Positions 51,491-62,182 of a DNA stretch of 64,000 nt are shown here, one piece after another (positions within the stretch are counted from its first letter, which is position 1; each line of letters begins with the position of its first letter). This DNA is from Malacoraja senta. Lineage: Eukaryota. The notes under the pieces are model-generated. The model did not search any database and was not told where the DNA came from. It worked only from the letters and a program-made list of their open reading frames with translations. The DNA is taken from NCBI GenBank assembly GCA_038087875.1, contig CM075995.1, positions 1,676,001 through 1,740,000 on the forward strand. The letters are read 5' to 3'. Made by a program: the position numbers and the translations under genes.

Positions 51491-52617
51491 CTTCCCGTTG
51501 GATTGCAACCTTGTCGTGGTCGGGGAGCTTGTTGGTCTCAGTGACCCCTAGAGCTATGCCAGCGGGAGATTCCTCTCCTGTTAGGGTCTCCCATGCTGGA
51601 CAGGTCGAAGGGTAGAGGCGAGACGAAGAGTGATCCACTGGTCCTCCAGGTTGGAGGTTGAGCACAGGGCTAACAACCCTGTCTCGTAAAACAAATATGT
51701 TACCTAGATACATAGATACATAGAAAATAGGTGCAGGAGTTGGCCATTCGGCCCTTCGAGCCTGCACCGCCATTCAATATGATCATGGCTGATCATCCAA
51801 CTCAGTATCCTGTACCTGCCTTCTCTCCATACCCCCTGATCCCTTTAGCCACAAGGGCCACATCTAACTCCCTCTTAAATATAGTCAATGAACTGGCCTC
51901 AACTACCCTCTGTGGCAGAGAGTTCCAGAGATTCACCACTCTCTGTGTGAAAAAGTTTTTCCTCATCTCGGTCTTAAAGGATTTCCCCCTTATCCTTAAG
52001 GTGTGACCCCTTGTCCTGGACTTCCCCAACATCGGGAACAATCTTCCTGCATCTAGCCTGTCCAACCCCATAAGAATTTTGTACGTTTCTATAAGATCCC
52101 CTCTCAATCTCCTAAATTCTAGCGAGTATAAGCCAAGTCTATCCAGTCTTTCTTCATATGAAAGTCCTGACATCCCAGGAATCAGTCTGGTGAACTTTCT
52201 CTGCACTCCCTCTATGGCTATAATGTCCTTCCTCAGATTTGGAGACCAAAACTGTACGTGATACTCCAGGTGTGGTCTCACCAAGACCCTGTACAACTGC
52301 AGTAGAACCTCCCTGCTCCTATACTCAAATCCTCTTGCTATGAAGGCCAACATACCATTCGCTTTCTTCACTGCCTGCTGCACCTGCATGCCTACTTTCA
52401 ATGACTGGTGTACCATGACACCCAGGTCTGGCTGCATCTCCCCACTTCCTAATCGGCCACCATTTAGATAATAGCCTGCCTTCCCGTTTTTGCCACCAAA
52501 GTGGATAACCTCACAGTTACGGAAACAGCAACTGAAGGAATCAACACTACTGAGTGGAGGACCTTCGTTGCTGTCCCTACATGCCAGGAGGCATAATAGG
52601 CAGTAAGTAAGTAAGTA
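51491..52617 (+). mobile_element. Bipartite non-autonomous RTE derivative (5' UTR + 3' end), split by a CR1
   Basis: RTE-type head ACCTTGTCGTGGT...GAGCTATG, 3' end encoding EWRTFVA, (TAAG)n tail; GTTAC duplicated around the CR1. Confidence 0.65.
51704..52515 (-). mobile_element. CR1 3' fragment with an open ORF2 C-terminus
   Basis: CEVIHFG...LVRPHLEY...GTGY. Confidence 0.9.
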
Positions 52618-52877
52618 CATGTTCCAGTCAGCAAATACATTATCATGTTCATAAGTGATAGGAGCAGAATTAGGCCATTCGGCCCATCAAGTCACTTCCT
52701 CCATTCAATCGTGCAATTGAGCAATATTGGGCACCTTGTCTGAGGAAGGATGTGCTGGCTCTGGAGGGGATCCAGAGGAGGTTTACAAGAATGATGGCGG
52801 AGTAGACTTGATGGGCCGAATGGCCTAATTCTGCTCCTATCACATGACCTTATGACCTTATGATTAAGTCTACTCCG

Positions 52878-53293
52878 TGGATTGTCACCTTGTCATGGTG
52901 GAGAAGCTTGTGTGGACCTGAGATCCTGAGAGAGATGTCGTCTGGAGCTATGCTCCTGGTAGGGCCACCCATGGCGGTAAGGTCGAGGGGGAGGTCTCTG
53001 ACAAAGAGCAATCCAACCAAGACCTCAACCATGGAACAGGCGGAGGACGATGGCTGACTTTAGTGGAGCATCATAGCGGCTGGGAAGGCGGATGAAGGCT
53101 GCAGCACAAAAGGGTCTCCGGTCGTCTTGGACTCCATGCCACTGGATCCTGACCCAGATCTGTCAAGGACTGCAGGGTGGCTGTCTGTGCACCAGTCTCC
53201 CCACGTTAAACAAAGTCACGCACAGGTGTCCTCCATCTAGGGAATAGCACCCTGGAGACATCCATGGTCAGCCATGACTGAAAGGGGCCTAAG
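52878..53293 (+). mobile_element. Second RTE-derived short element
   Basis: Head GGATTGTCACCTTGTCATGGTGGAGAAGCTTG resembles 51500-51531; inserted in a CR1 tail with an ACTC(C/T)G duplication. Confidence 0.55.
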
Positions 53294-53959
53294 ACTCTGC
53301 CAATCAATCATGGCTGATCTATCTCTCCCTTCTAACCCCATTCTCCTGCCTTCTCCCCATAACCCCTGACACCCGTACTAATCAAGAATCTATCTATCTA
53401 TGCCGTAAAAATACCCAGTGACTTGGCCTCCACAACCTTCTGTGGCAAAGAATTCCACAGATTTACCACACTCTGACAATATAAATTCCTCCTCATCTCC
53501 TTCCTAAAGGAATGTCCTTTCATTCTGAGGCAATATGACCTCTGGTCCTAGACTATCCCAACCGTGGAAACATCCTCTCTACATCCACTCTAAGCCTTTC
53601 ACTATTTGGTGAGTGATCCCGCGGCCGATTTGGTCAGCATGGACTCGGTGGGCCGAAGAGCCTGTTTCCACGCTGTATCTCTAAACTAAACCAAGGTCAA
53701 AGATTCCTAATCAGGCTCATTTTATTTTTTTCCGCAATCAAGGACCCGCCAAAGGACCCGCCAAAGTCAATCACAGGAACGGAGCGGGAAAAACTAGAAA
53801 TTATGCCTGTCATTTAAAGAGTGTGTTTAACTAATTACCTGGTATTAGCTTTAAAAAACGTAAGCGGTATGCAGCTGCAGCACCTTTGTTTCGCATATAG
53901 CAGGAAAATGATGTTGGCAGCACTGATAGAAAATGCAAATGTGCAGGTGTGCTTTTCCC

Positions 53960-55250
53960 GCTGCATCCCCTCAGTGTTTAGGGTTAGGGCTAGGGTTGCC
54001 AACTGTCCCGTATTAGCCGGGACATCCCGTATATTGGGCTAAATTGGTTTGTCCAATATTGGACCGCCCTTGTCCCGTATTTGACTGCTACTACTCGGGT
54101 CGGAGCGCCGCGTCCGGCCCCGCATCACCCGGCCCGACGTAGTGCAGCCCGGCCAGCTGTCCGACCTCCGGACCTTCGCTTACCGCCAACACCACCACCT
54201 CTCCTTCTCATGGCTGATCATTGGTTCATGAGTTGGACGGGGTGCCGGACTTTGCGTGCGACGTCGCGCGGCCCGGGCCAAAATACCTCAGCTGGCCCGC
54301 AGGCTGGGCTTTGTGTGCAGTCCAGCACCCGGGCCAACTCATCATTCACCCAGCCACGGCCGAGACGGTCAACGAATTGCCGTCGGGAATTTGTCCCGTT
54401 TTTGGACCTTTTGTCCCTTATTTGGGAGTGAGAAAGTTGGCAACCCTGGTTAGGGTGCAGCATAAAATGGCAATTCATTCCCTCTCTGTTTGGAGGTATG
54501 GTACAGCATTAAATGGCAATGCATCCCCTCTCTTTAGGGTGCAGCATTAAATGCCAATGCATACCTTCTCTGCATCCCTTCTCTGTTTAGAGTTAGGGTG
54601 CACCATAATAATGGCCATGCATCCCCTCTCTGTTAAGGGTGCAGCATTACATGACAAGGCATCCCTTCTGTTTAGGGTTAGGATGCAGCATTAAATGCCA
54701 ATGCATCCTCTCTCTGTTTGGAGCTAGGCTGCAGCATTAAATGGCAATGCAACCCTCTCTGTTTCCATTCCATCACTGTTTGTGATCAGTGTACAATATT
54801 AAATGGCCAAGCATCCACTCTCTGTTTGGGGTTAGGCTGCAGCATTAAAATGCCAATGCATCCACTCTCTGTTTTGGGGTTAGGCTGCAGCATTAAAATG
54901 CCAATGCATCCCTCTCAGTTTGCACCCACTCTCTGTTTTGGGGTTAGGCTGCAGCATTTAAATGCCAATGCACCCTCTCTCAGTTTGCACCCACTCTCTG
55001 TTTCAGGGTTAGAGCGCAGCATTAAAATGCCAATGCACCCTCTCTCAGTTTGCATCCACTCTCTGTTTCAGGGTTAGAGCGCAGCATTAAAATGCCAATG
55101 CACCCTCTCTCAGTTTGCACCCACTCTCTGTTTCAGGGTTAGAGCGCAGCATTAAAATGCCAATGCACCCTCTCTCAGTTTGCACCCACTCTCTGTTTCA
55201 GGGTTAGAGCGCAGCATTAAAATGCCAATGCACCCTCTCTCAGTTTGCAA
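53960..55250. repeat. Minisatellite: degenerate shorter units grading into near-perfect 65-bp units
   Basis: GCAGCATTAAAATGCCAATGCA recurs at 55016, 55081, 55146 and 55211. Confidence 0.9.
53991..54448. mobile_element. hAT-type MITE
   Basis: TIR TAGGGTTGCCAACT / AGTTGGCAACCCTG; 8-bp TSD GTTAGGGC / GTTAGGGT. Confidence 0.8.
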
Positions 55251-55368
55251 TCGCCGCCCAGTGCACTGGAGCGCGGGCGCGGGCGCGCGGCAGCTGAGTC
55301 GGATTGTGTCCCGGGCAGTCCCGGCGCGCGTTGCCATGGCAGCCGCCGGGCCGGCGCCAGCTGGGGCG

Positions 55369-55407
<39 letters not shown>

Positions 55408-55500
55408 GGTGACGTCAGGCGGCTGGCGCCGGGCGGTCTGCGGGGCGCGCTCGGCCAGTGAATGAATGAGCGGTCGGCGGGGGCGCGCTCAGGAATGCAC
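55251..55500. promoter_or_regulatory. CpG-rich island with an RFX X-box-like site and a CRE
   Basis: GTTGCCATGGCAGC at 55330-55343 and TGACGTCA at 55410-55417; dense CpG; no match to repeats elsewhere in the window. Confidence 0.5.
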
Positions 55501-56340
55501 AACACTGGCCTGCCTGCCTGCCTGCAAACACACAGCACAGCTGGGCAGCCAGAGGGGCAGAGTCCTGGGCTGGGAGGGGATGCAAAACTACACGAGATGC
55601 ATGCATGCATGCAACCCCCCCCCCCCCCCTCCCAAATAATAAAATGCATTTAAAAGTCAGTTTATTGTCACATATTCCAGGCAGAACAATGACATTCTTC
55701 CTTGCAGCAGAACAACAAAATATATGAGGCACAAAAAGCTGGAGTGACTCAGTGGGACGGGCAGCATCTCTGGAGAGAAGGAATGGGTGATGTTTTGGGT
55801 TGAGACCCTTCTTCAGACAGAGTCAGGGGAGAGGGTGACTAGATACATGTGTAGGAAGGAACTGCAGATGCTGGTTTACACTGAAGATAGACACAAAAAG
55901 ATAGATAGCAAAATAAATCAGGAGGACCTTGAAACTAGTTGGAGAACTAGGGTTCCATTTCTTATCTCCAGAGATGCTGAGTTACTGCAGCATCTTCAGT
56001 GCAAAGCAGCATTTGCAGTTCCTTCCAACACAGAATATGTTTCCCTATCCCCTGACACTCACTCTGAAGAAGGGTCTCGACCCAAAGTGTCCCCTATTCT
56101 TTTTCTTCAGAGATGCTGCCTAGCCTGCTGTGATACTCCAAACATTTTGTGGAGCATTCTGACTTCAGTTTAACCAGCATTCACTTGCACAGAAAAAGTT
56201 GTCGGATGGGAAATAAGAATTGTTCTGTCTGGGACATATGGAAATAAAACACTCTTGACTTTTAAATGCAATTTATTATTTATTAGCAAGAAAAGACAGA
56301 AGTTACTGGAGTAACTCAGCAGGGTCAGGCAGCATCTCTG

Positions 56341-56431
56341 AAGAAGGGTTTCGGCCCGAAACGTTGCCTATTTCCTTCGCTCCATAGATGCTGCTGCACC
56401 CGCTGAGTTTCTCCAGCATTTTTGTGTACCT
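56341..56431 (+). mobile_element. Short Penelope-derived insertion inside another Penelope pLTR; hammerhead-like core at 56338-56365
   Basis: 20-bp duplication AGGGTCAGGCAGCATCTCTG (56321-56340, 56432-56451). Confidence 0.78.
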
Positions 56432-56677
56432 AGGGTCAGGCAGCATCTCTGGGGAACATGAATAGGTGACGTTTCGGGTCGGGACTCTTCCTCAGTCAGG
56501 ATTCAAAAGTTAGACACAAAGTGCAAAGGATCGGGACCTTCTTGGAACGTCACCCATCCTTGTTCTCCAGCGATGCTGCCTGACCTGCTGAGTTACTCTA
56601 CCATTCTGTGTTTATCTTCGGTGTAAACCGGCATCTGCAGTCCCTTCCTACACTGAAGACACAAAGTGTTGGAGTAA

Positions 56678-56994
56678 TGGCCCTGTCCCACTGTACGAGT
56701 TCATTCAAGAGTTCTCCCGAGTTTGCCCTGATTCGAACTCGGAGATTTACGGTAATGGCCGCTCATAGGTACTCGGGGCTCTCGTGGACATTTTTCAACA
56801 TGTTGAAAAATCTTCACAAGTTTTCCTGAGCTTACCGCGTTTCCCGAGTACTTGCCGTTAGCGTTACGAGCCGCTAAGAGACGTCCCCGAGCTCCGACGT
56901 ACCGGCTACGTACATTCTACGTGCTTCCACGAGTTCGATTTTTTTTCAAACTCGGGAGAGCTCTTGAATGAGCTCGTACAGTGGGACAGGGCCA
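56678..56994. mobile_element. PIF/Harbinger-type MITE 7, inserted in a Penelope pLTR
   Basis: TIR TGGCCCTGTCCCACTGTACGAG; TAA TSD. Confidence 0.88.
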
Positions 56995-57494
56995 TAACTC
57001 AGTGGGGTCAGGCAGCATCCCTGGGGAACATGGGCGGTGTCAGCATCTCTGGGGAACATGGATAGACGATGTTTAGGGTTCGGGACTCTTCTCCAGTCAG
57101 GATTCAACAGTTAGGTCATATATCATAAGGGATAGGAGTAGAATTAGGCCATTCGGCCCATCAATCATGGCTGATCTATCTCTCCCTCCTAACCCCATTC
57201 TCCTGTCTTCTGCCCATAACCTCTGACACCTGTACTAGTCAAGACATTAGTAAAGACGTTAGACACAAAGTGTGGGATTAACTCAGCGGTCAGGCAGCAT
57301 CATTGGAGAAAACGTATGGGTGACGTTTCATGTCGGACCCTTCTTCAGTCAAGAGATGTCTATCCTTGATTCAAGAATCTTGATTCAAGAATATTTTGTC
57401 ATATGTCCGAAACAGCAATGAGATTCTTAAAAGGACACACAGTGCTGGAGTAACTCAGCGGGACAGACAGCCTCTCTGGATGGAAGGAATGGAT

Positions 57495-57522
57495 GACGTT
57501 TCGGGTCGAGACCCTTCTTCAG
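57495..57522 (-). ncRNA. Minimal hammerhead-ribozyme-like motif (consensus copy)
   Basis: Reverse complement CTGAAGA-A-GGGT-CTCG-ACCC-GAAA-CGTC. Confidence 0.55.
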
Positions 57523-57913
57523 ACTGGTGTCTTTTTGGTCTTGTCTGAAGTCATGTCTGAAGAAGGGTCTCGACTGGAAACATTACCCATTCCTTCTATC
57601 CAGTAGACAAAGTTGCCAGATTTGCTGTCATTTTCAAGTCCCATTTGTTATAGGTGTAGAGTTCTTTACCTAACCATGAAGGCCCATTGCACTGGCAGCA
57701 TTGCAGGGTCGGCCTGGCCAAAGCGTAGCCATTGGTGTCCCCCACCACGGCTCCACTGCTCCGTACCGCTGAAGGCCGCGTCCGGTCCACATGCTCGGCC
57801 TCTCGGCCAGCTGAACCCCAGGCTGCTGCAGGGCATCCACCGGCCCACTCCTCTGTCGAGACAGTGAACTCCCTCCCGCAGCCGGTCTGCTCACCGGCCC
57901 TCTGTGCCGACTA

Positions 57914-58527
57914 GTGGGAGAGCCTAGAACTAGAGGTCATAGCCTCAGAATTAAAGGACAATCTTTTAGGAAGGAGATGAGGAGAAATCTCTTTAATCAG
58001 AGGGCGGTAAATCTGTGGAATTCTTTGCCACAGAAGGCTGTGGCGGCCAAGTCAGGAGAGGGGAGAAGACGGATTGACCGGGGTGAGACTCATCCTTGGT
58101 TATGCTGGAGGCTTTGCCAAGGAGTGCAGAAACAGGCTCTTCAAACAATCATGTCCATGGCGAATATAATGTCAAGTTAAAATGTCAAGGAAAAATGTTC
58201 CCTATGTTGGGGGAGTCCAGAAACAGGGGTCACAGTTTAAGAATAAGGGGTAGGCCATTTAGGACTGAGATGAGGAAATACTTTTTTGCCAAAGAGAGTT
58301 GTAAAACTGTGGAATTGTCTACCACAGAAGGCAGTGGAGGTCAATTCACTGGATATTTTCATGAGAGAGTTAGATATAGCTCTTTGGGCTAAGGGAATCA
58401 AGAGGTATGGGGCAAAAGCCGGAACAGGGTACTGATTTTGGATGATCAGCCATGATCATATTGAACGGCGTTGCTGGCTCGAAGGGCCGAATGGCCTACA
58501 CCTGCACCTATTTCCTATGTTTCTATG
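57914..58527 (+). mobile_element. Two CR1 3' fragments
   Basis: RTRGHSLRI and RNRGHSLRI peptides; CR1 3' UTR. Confidence 0.8.
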
Positions 58528-58914
58528 TAAAGTAATCTCCTCTGCTGGCAGGCCATCCATATCCCTGGATATTCCCTGGAAATATTAAAATAATATTGTA
58601 AAATAATATACCTTAGAAAAAGCACCTTACAGTATGGTCCCACACTGTGTGGGACCATACACACTTACAGTATACAAAAGCTAGCACACTTACAGTATGC
58701 TAGCTTTTTTAAACAATTACAATGTTTTAAGTATTAAGTATTTTGTGTCTACTGTTTATGGTGTGTCTCGTTTAGTGTATGTTTATTGGGTGTTATTCCA
58801 ATGCTGTACATATTGACTCCCCCCTGGTTATAGCAGACAATCGACAATAACAAACATTATTCAACCCACCCCCCTTCCCCCTCCCTCCATGGTCTTTTAT
58901 CACAAGGGTTATAA

Positions 58915-60160
58915 ACAATAGACAATAGACAATAGGTGCAGGAGCAGGCCATTCGGCCCTTCGAGCCAGCACCGCCATTCAATGTGATCATGGCTGATCA
59001 TCCCCAATCAGTACCCCGTTCCTGCCTTCTCCCCATATCCCCTGACTCTGCTATTTTTAAGAGCCCTATCTAGCTCTCTCTTGAAAGCATCCAGAAAACC
59101 TGCCTCCACTGCCCTCTGAGGCAGAGAATTCCACAGACTCACCACTCTCTGTGAGAAAAAGTGTTTCCTCGTCTCCGTTCTAAATGGCTTACTCCTTATT
59201 CTTAAACTGTGGCCCCTGGTTCTGGACTCCCCCAACATCGGGAACATGTTTCCTGCCTCTAGCGTGTCCAAGCACTTAACAATCTTATATGTTTCAATGA
59301 GATCACCTCTCATCCTTCTAAACTCCAGAGTGTACAAACCCAGCTGCTCCATTCTCTCAGCATATGACAGTCCCGCCATCCCGGGAATTAACCTTGTAAA
59401 CCTACGCTGCACTCCCTCAATAGCAAGAATGTCCTTCCTCAAATTAGGGGACCAAAACGGCACACAATACTCCAGGTGTGGTCTCACTAGGGCTCTGCCC
59501 AACTGCAGAAGGATCTCTTTGCTCCTATATTCGATTCCTCTCGTTATGAAGGCCAACATGCCATTCGCTTTCTTCACTGCCTGCTGTACCTGCATGCTTA
59601 CTTTCATAGACTGATGTACAAGGACCCCCAGATCCCGTTGTACTTCCCCTTTTCCCAACTTGACGCCATTTAGATAGTAATCTGCCTTCCTGTTTTTGCT
59701 ACCAAAGTGGATAACCTCACATTTATCCGCATTAAACTTCATCTGCCATGCATCTGCCCACTCCCCCAACCTGTCCAAGTCACCCTGCATTCTCATAGCA
59801 TCCTCCTCACAGTTCACACTGCCACCCAGCTTTGTGTCATCTGCAAATTTGCTAATGTTACTTTGAATCCCTTCATCCAAATCATTGACGTATATTGTAA
59901 ATAGCTGCTGTCCCTGCACCGAGTCTTCTGGTACCCCACTAGTCACTGCCTGCCATTCTGAAAGGGACCCGTTAATCCCTACTCTTTGTTTCCTGTCTGC
60001 CAACCACTTCTTTAACCATGTCAGCACTCTACCCCCACTACCATGTGCCCTAATTTTGCCCACTAATCTCCTATGTGGGACCTTATCAAATGCTTTCTGA
60101 AAGTCCAGGTACACTACATCCACTGGCTCTCCCTTGTCCATTTTCCTAGTTACATCCTCA
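58915..60160 (-). mobile_element. Young 5'-truncated CR1 with an uninterrupted 377-aa ORF2 part (59008-60141)
   Basis: YLDFQKAFDKVPH, KFADDTKL, C-terminal GTGY, (ATTGTCT)n tail. Confidence 0.93.
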
Positions 60161-60215
60161 AATGTCTATTCACATTATGTCCCACATGGGATAATGTGTC
60201 TATTCACATTAATCC

Positions 60216-60771
60216 CAAAGATCCTATAGCAAGCAAGATAGCCCACTCGACGAAAAAGACGTAGTAGGGTCATGGGCAGATTCATGGGTAATCTTCTGCC
60301 CCATTTCCGTAACCGGCTTCTGTTCCCGCACTCCTATCCAAAGCAAAGATCCTATAGCAAGATACTATAGCATGCTATAGGATCTTTGATCCAAAGATCC
60401 TAGTGCAAGTTTAATACAAACATCAACTCAAACACAGCACATGAGCCACTTAAAAAAAAGTAAATTTAAAAAAAACATTAAATAAAGAAAATTGACAGAA
60501 TTATAATTTATTGACATATTAATCATTAACAAAAAATAGCAGAATTATGAATTAACAGAATTATGAATAATGGGTCTAACACTATATCACACACACACAA
60601 ACTGTTCCCCTGCAACGCTGATTACACTGCGAGAAGGATTTACAAAGTCGGGTCGGGTCGGGTTTACTAAAATGGCCGACGAAAAGGCTGACGTTCCGCT
60701 CTGTAGCGTATTACACGTCAGCCCATTGGTTTTAGCAGGAGTGCACTATCTTGCTTGCTAGAGGATATTTG
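60216..60771. mobile_element. P-superfamily-like non-autonomous DNA transposon
   Basis: 26-bp TIR CAAAGATCCTATAGCAAGCAAGATAG (2 mismatches) and perfect 8-bp TSD ATTAATCC. Confidence 0.75.
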
Positions 60772-60789
60772 ATTAATCCTGTGTTAATG

Positions 60790-61237
60790 TAGGTTAACAT
60801 ATGATGAGCCTTTGTCGGCACTGGGCCGGTACTCGCTGGAGTTTAGAAGAATGAGGGGGGACATCATTGAAATGTACAGAATAGTGAAAAGCTTGGATAG
60901 AGTGGATGTGGAGAGAATGTTTCTACTCACGGGAGAGTCCAGGAGTAGAGGTCATAGCCTCAAAATTAAAGGAGGTTCCTTTAGGAAGGAGATAAGGAGG
61001 AATTTCTTTAGTCAGAGGATGGTGAATGTAGAATTATTTGCCACAGGAGGCTGTGGAGGCCAAGTCAGTGGCTATATTTAAGGCAGAGATAGATAGATTC
61101 TTGATTAGTACAGGTGTCAGAGGTTATGGCGAGAAGGCAGGAAAATGGGGTTCGGAGGGAGAGATAGATCAGCCATGATTGAATGGCGGAGTAGACGATG
61201 AGCTGAATGGCCCAATTCTGCTCCTATCACATATGAT
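60790..61237 (+). mobile_element. CR1 3' fragment
   Basis: YSLEFRRMRGD...FFSQRMVN and CR1 3' UTR. Confidence 0.85.
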
Positions 61238-61837
61238 CCACAACTACATAGGTGTTGTAAGTCAGAAATATTTGCAGCCTTTATTAATGAGCAATACTTT
61301 CATTTGACGTTTGGATAACAAATACTTGTTTAAATAACGTATAACTTGTCATAAGACAGCATTAAATAAATTAGCAAATCCGTGTCAATATGGATTTCAA
61401 AATGCAGCAGTTTTAAGTTTCGATTTGCTGCAAATTTAGATTGTCGGATTTGGAGCTAACTTCAACTAACCCTTGCTTTCCCTCCTCTGTCCGTCCCTCC
61501 CTCGCCTTAGTTCTCCAACTAGTGTCTTGTCCTCCTGATTAATTTTACAGTTTGTATGCCTCGTTGTCACCTTCCCCCTCAGCCAACAATGAACCATCGT
61601 ACATTTCCTTGATCATCGATTGCATTGATCTGTCCTTTTCACACCTTACGTTTACAGTATACTATGTTTACATATTCTGTTGTGCTGCAGCAAGTAAGAA
61701 TTTCAATGTTCTAATAATCATAATCATAATAGTACTTTATTAGCCAAGTATGTTTTGCAACATACGAGGAATTTGATTTGCCATACAGTCATACCAATAA
61801 AGAGCAACAAGACACCCACATTTTTTTTTAACATGAA

Positions 61838-62182
61838 CATCCTGGCCACACACTCATCTCCCCGCTACCTTCAGGTAGAAGGTACAGGAGCCTGAAGACT
61901 GCAATGACCAGGTTCAGGAATAGCTACTTCCCCACAGCCATCAGGCTATTAAACTTGGCTCGGTCAAAACTCTGAACATTAATAGCCCATTATCTGTTAT
62001 TTGCACTTTACCAGTTTATTTATTCATGTGTGTATTTACGTATATAATGGTATATGGACACACTGATCCGTTTTGTAGTCAATGCCTACTATGTTCTGTT
62101 GTGCTGAAGCAAAGCAAGAATTTCATTGTACTGTCAGGGACACATGACAATAAACTCTCTTGACTTGACTCTTGACTCTTGA
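61838..62182 (+). mobile_element. Rex1/Babar 3' fragment nested in a GC-rich-family tail
   Basis: Near-identical to about 19860-20195. Confidence 0.85.

Noticed and set aside
53978..54950. TTAGGG hexamers as an interstitial telomere
   Set aside because: At most two or three adjacent copies, embedded in minisatellite units.
59008..60141. Intact RT ORF as a domesticated gene or active LINE
   Set aside because: It is 5' truncated, lacks the endonuclease, has a degenerate PQG motif (GVPEDSVQG) and closely matches other CR1 fragments.
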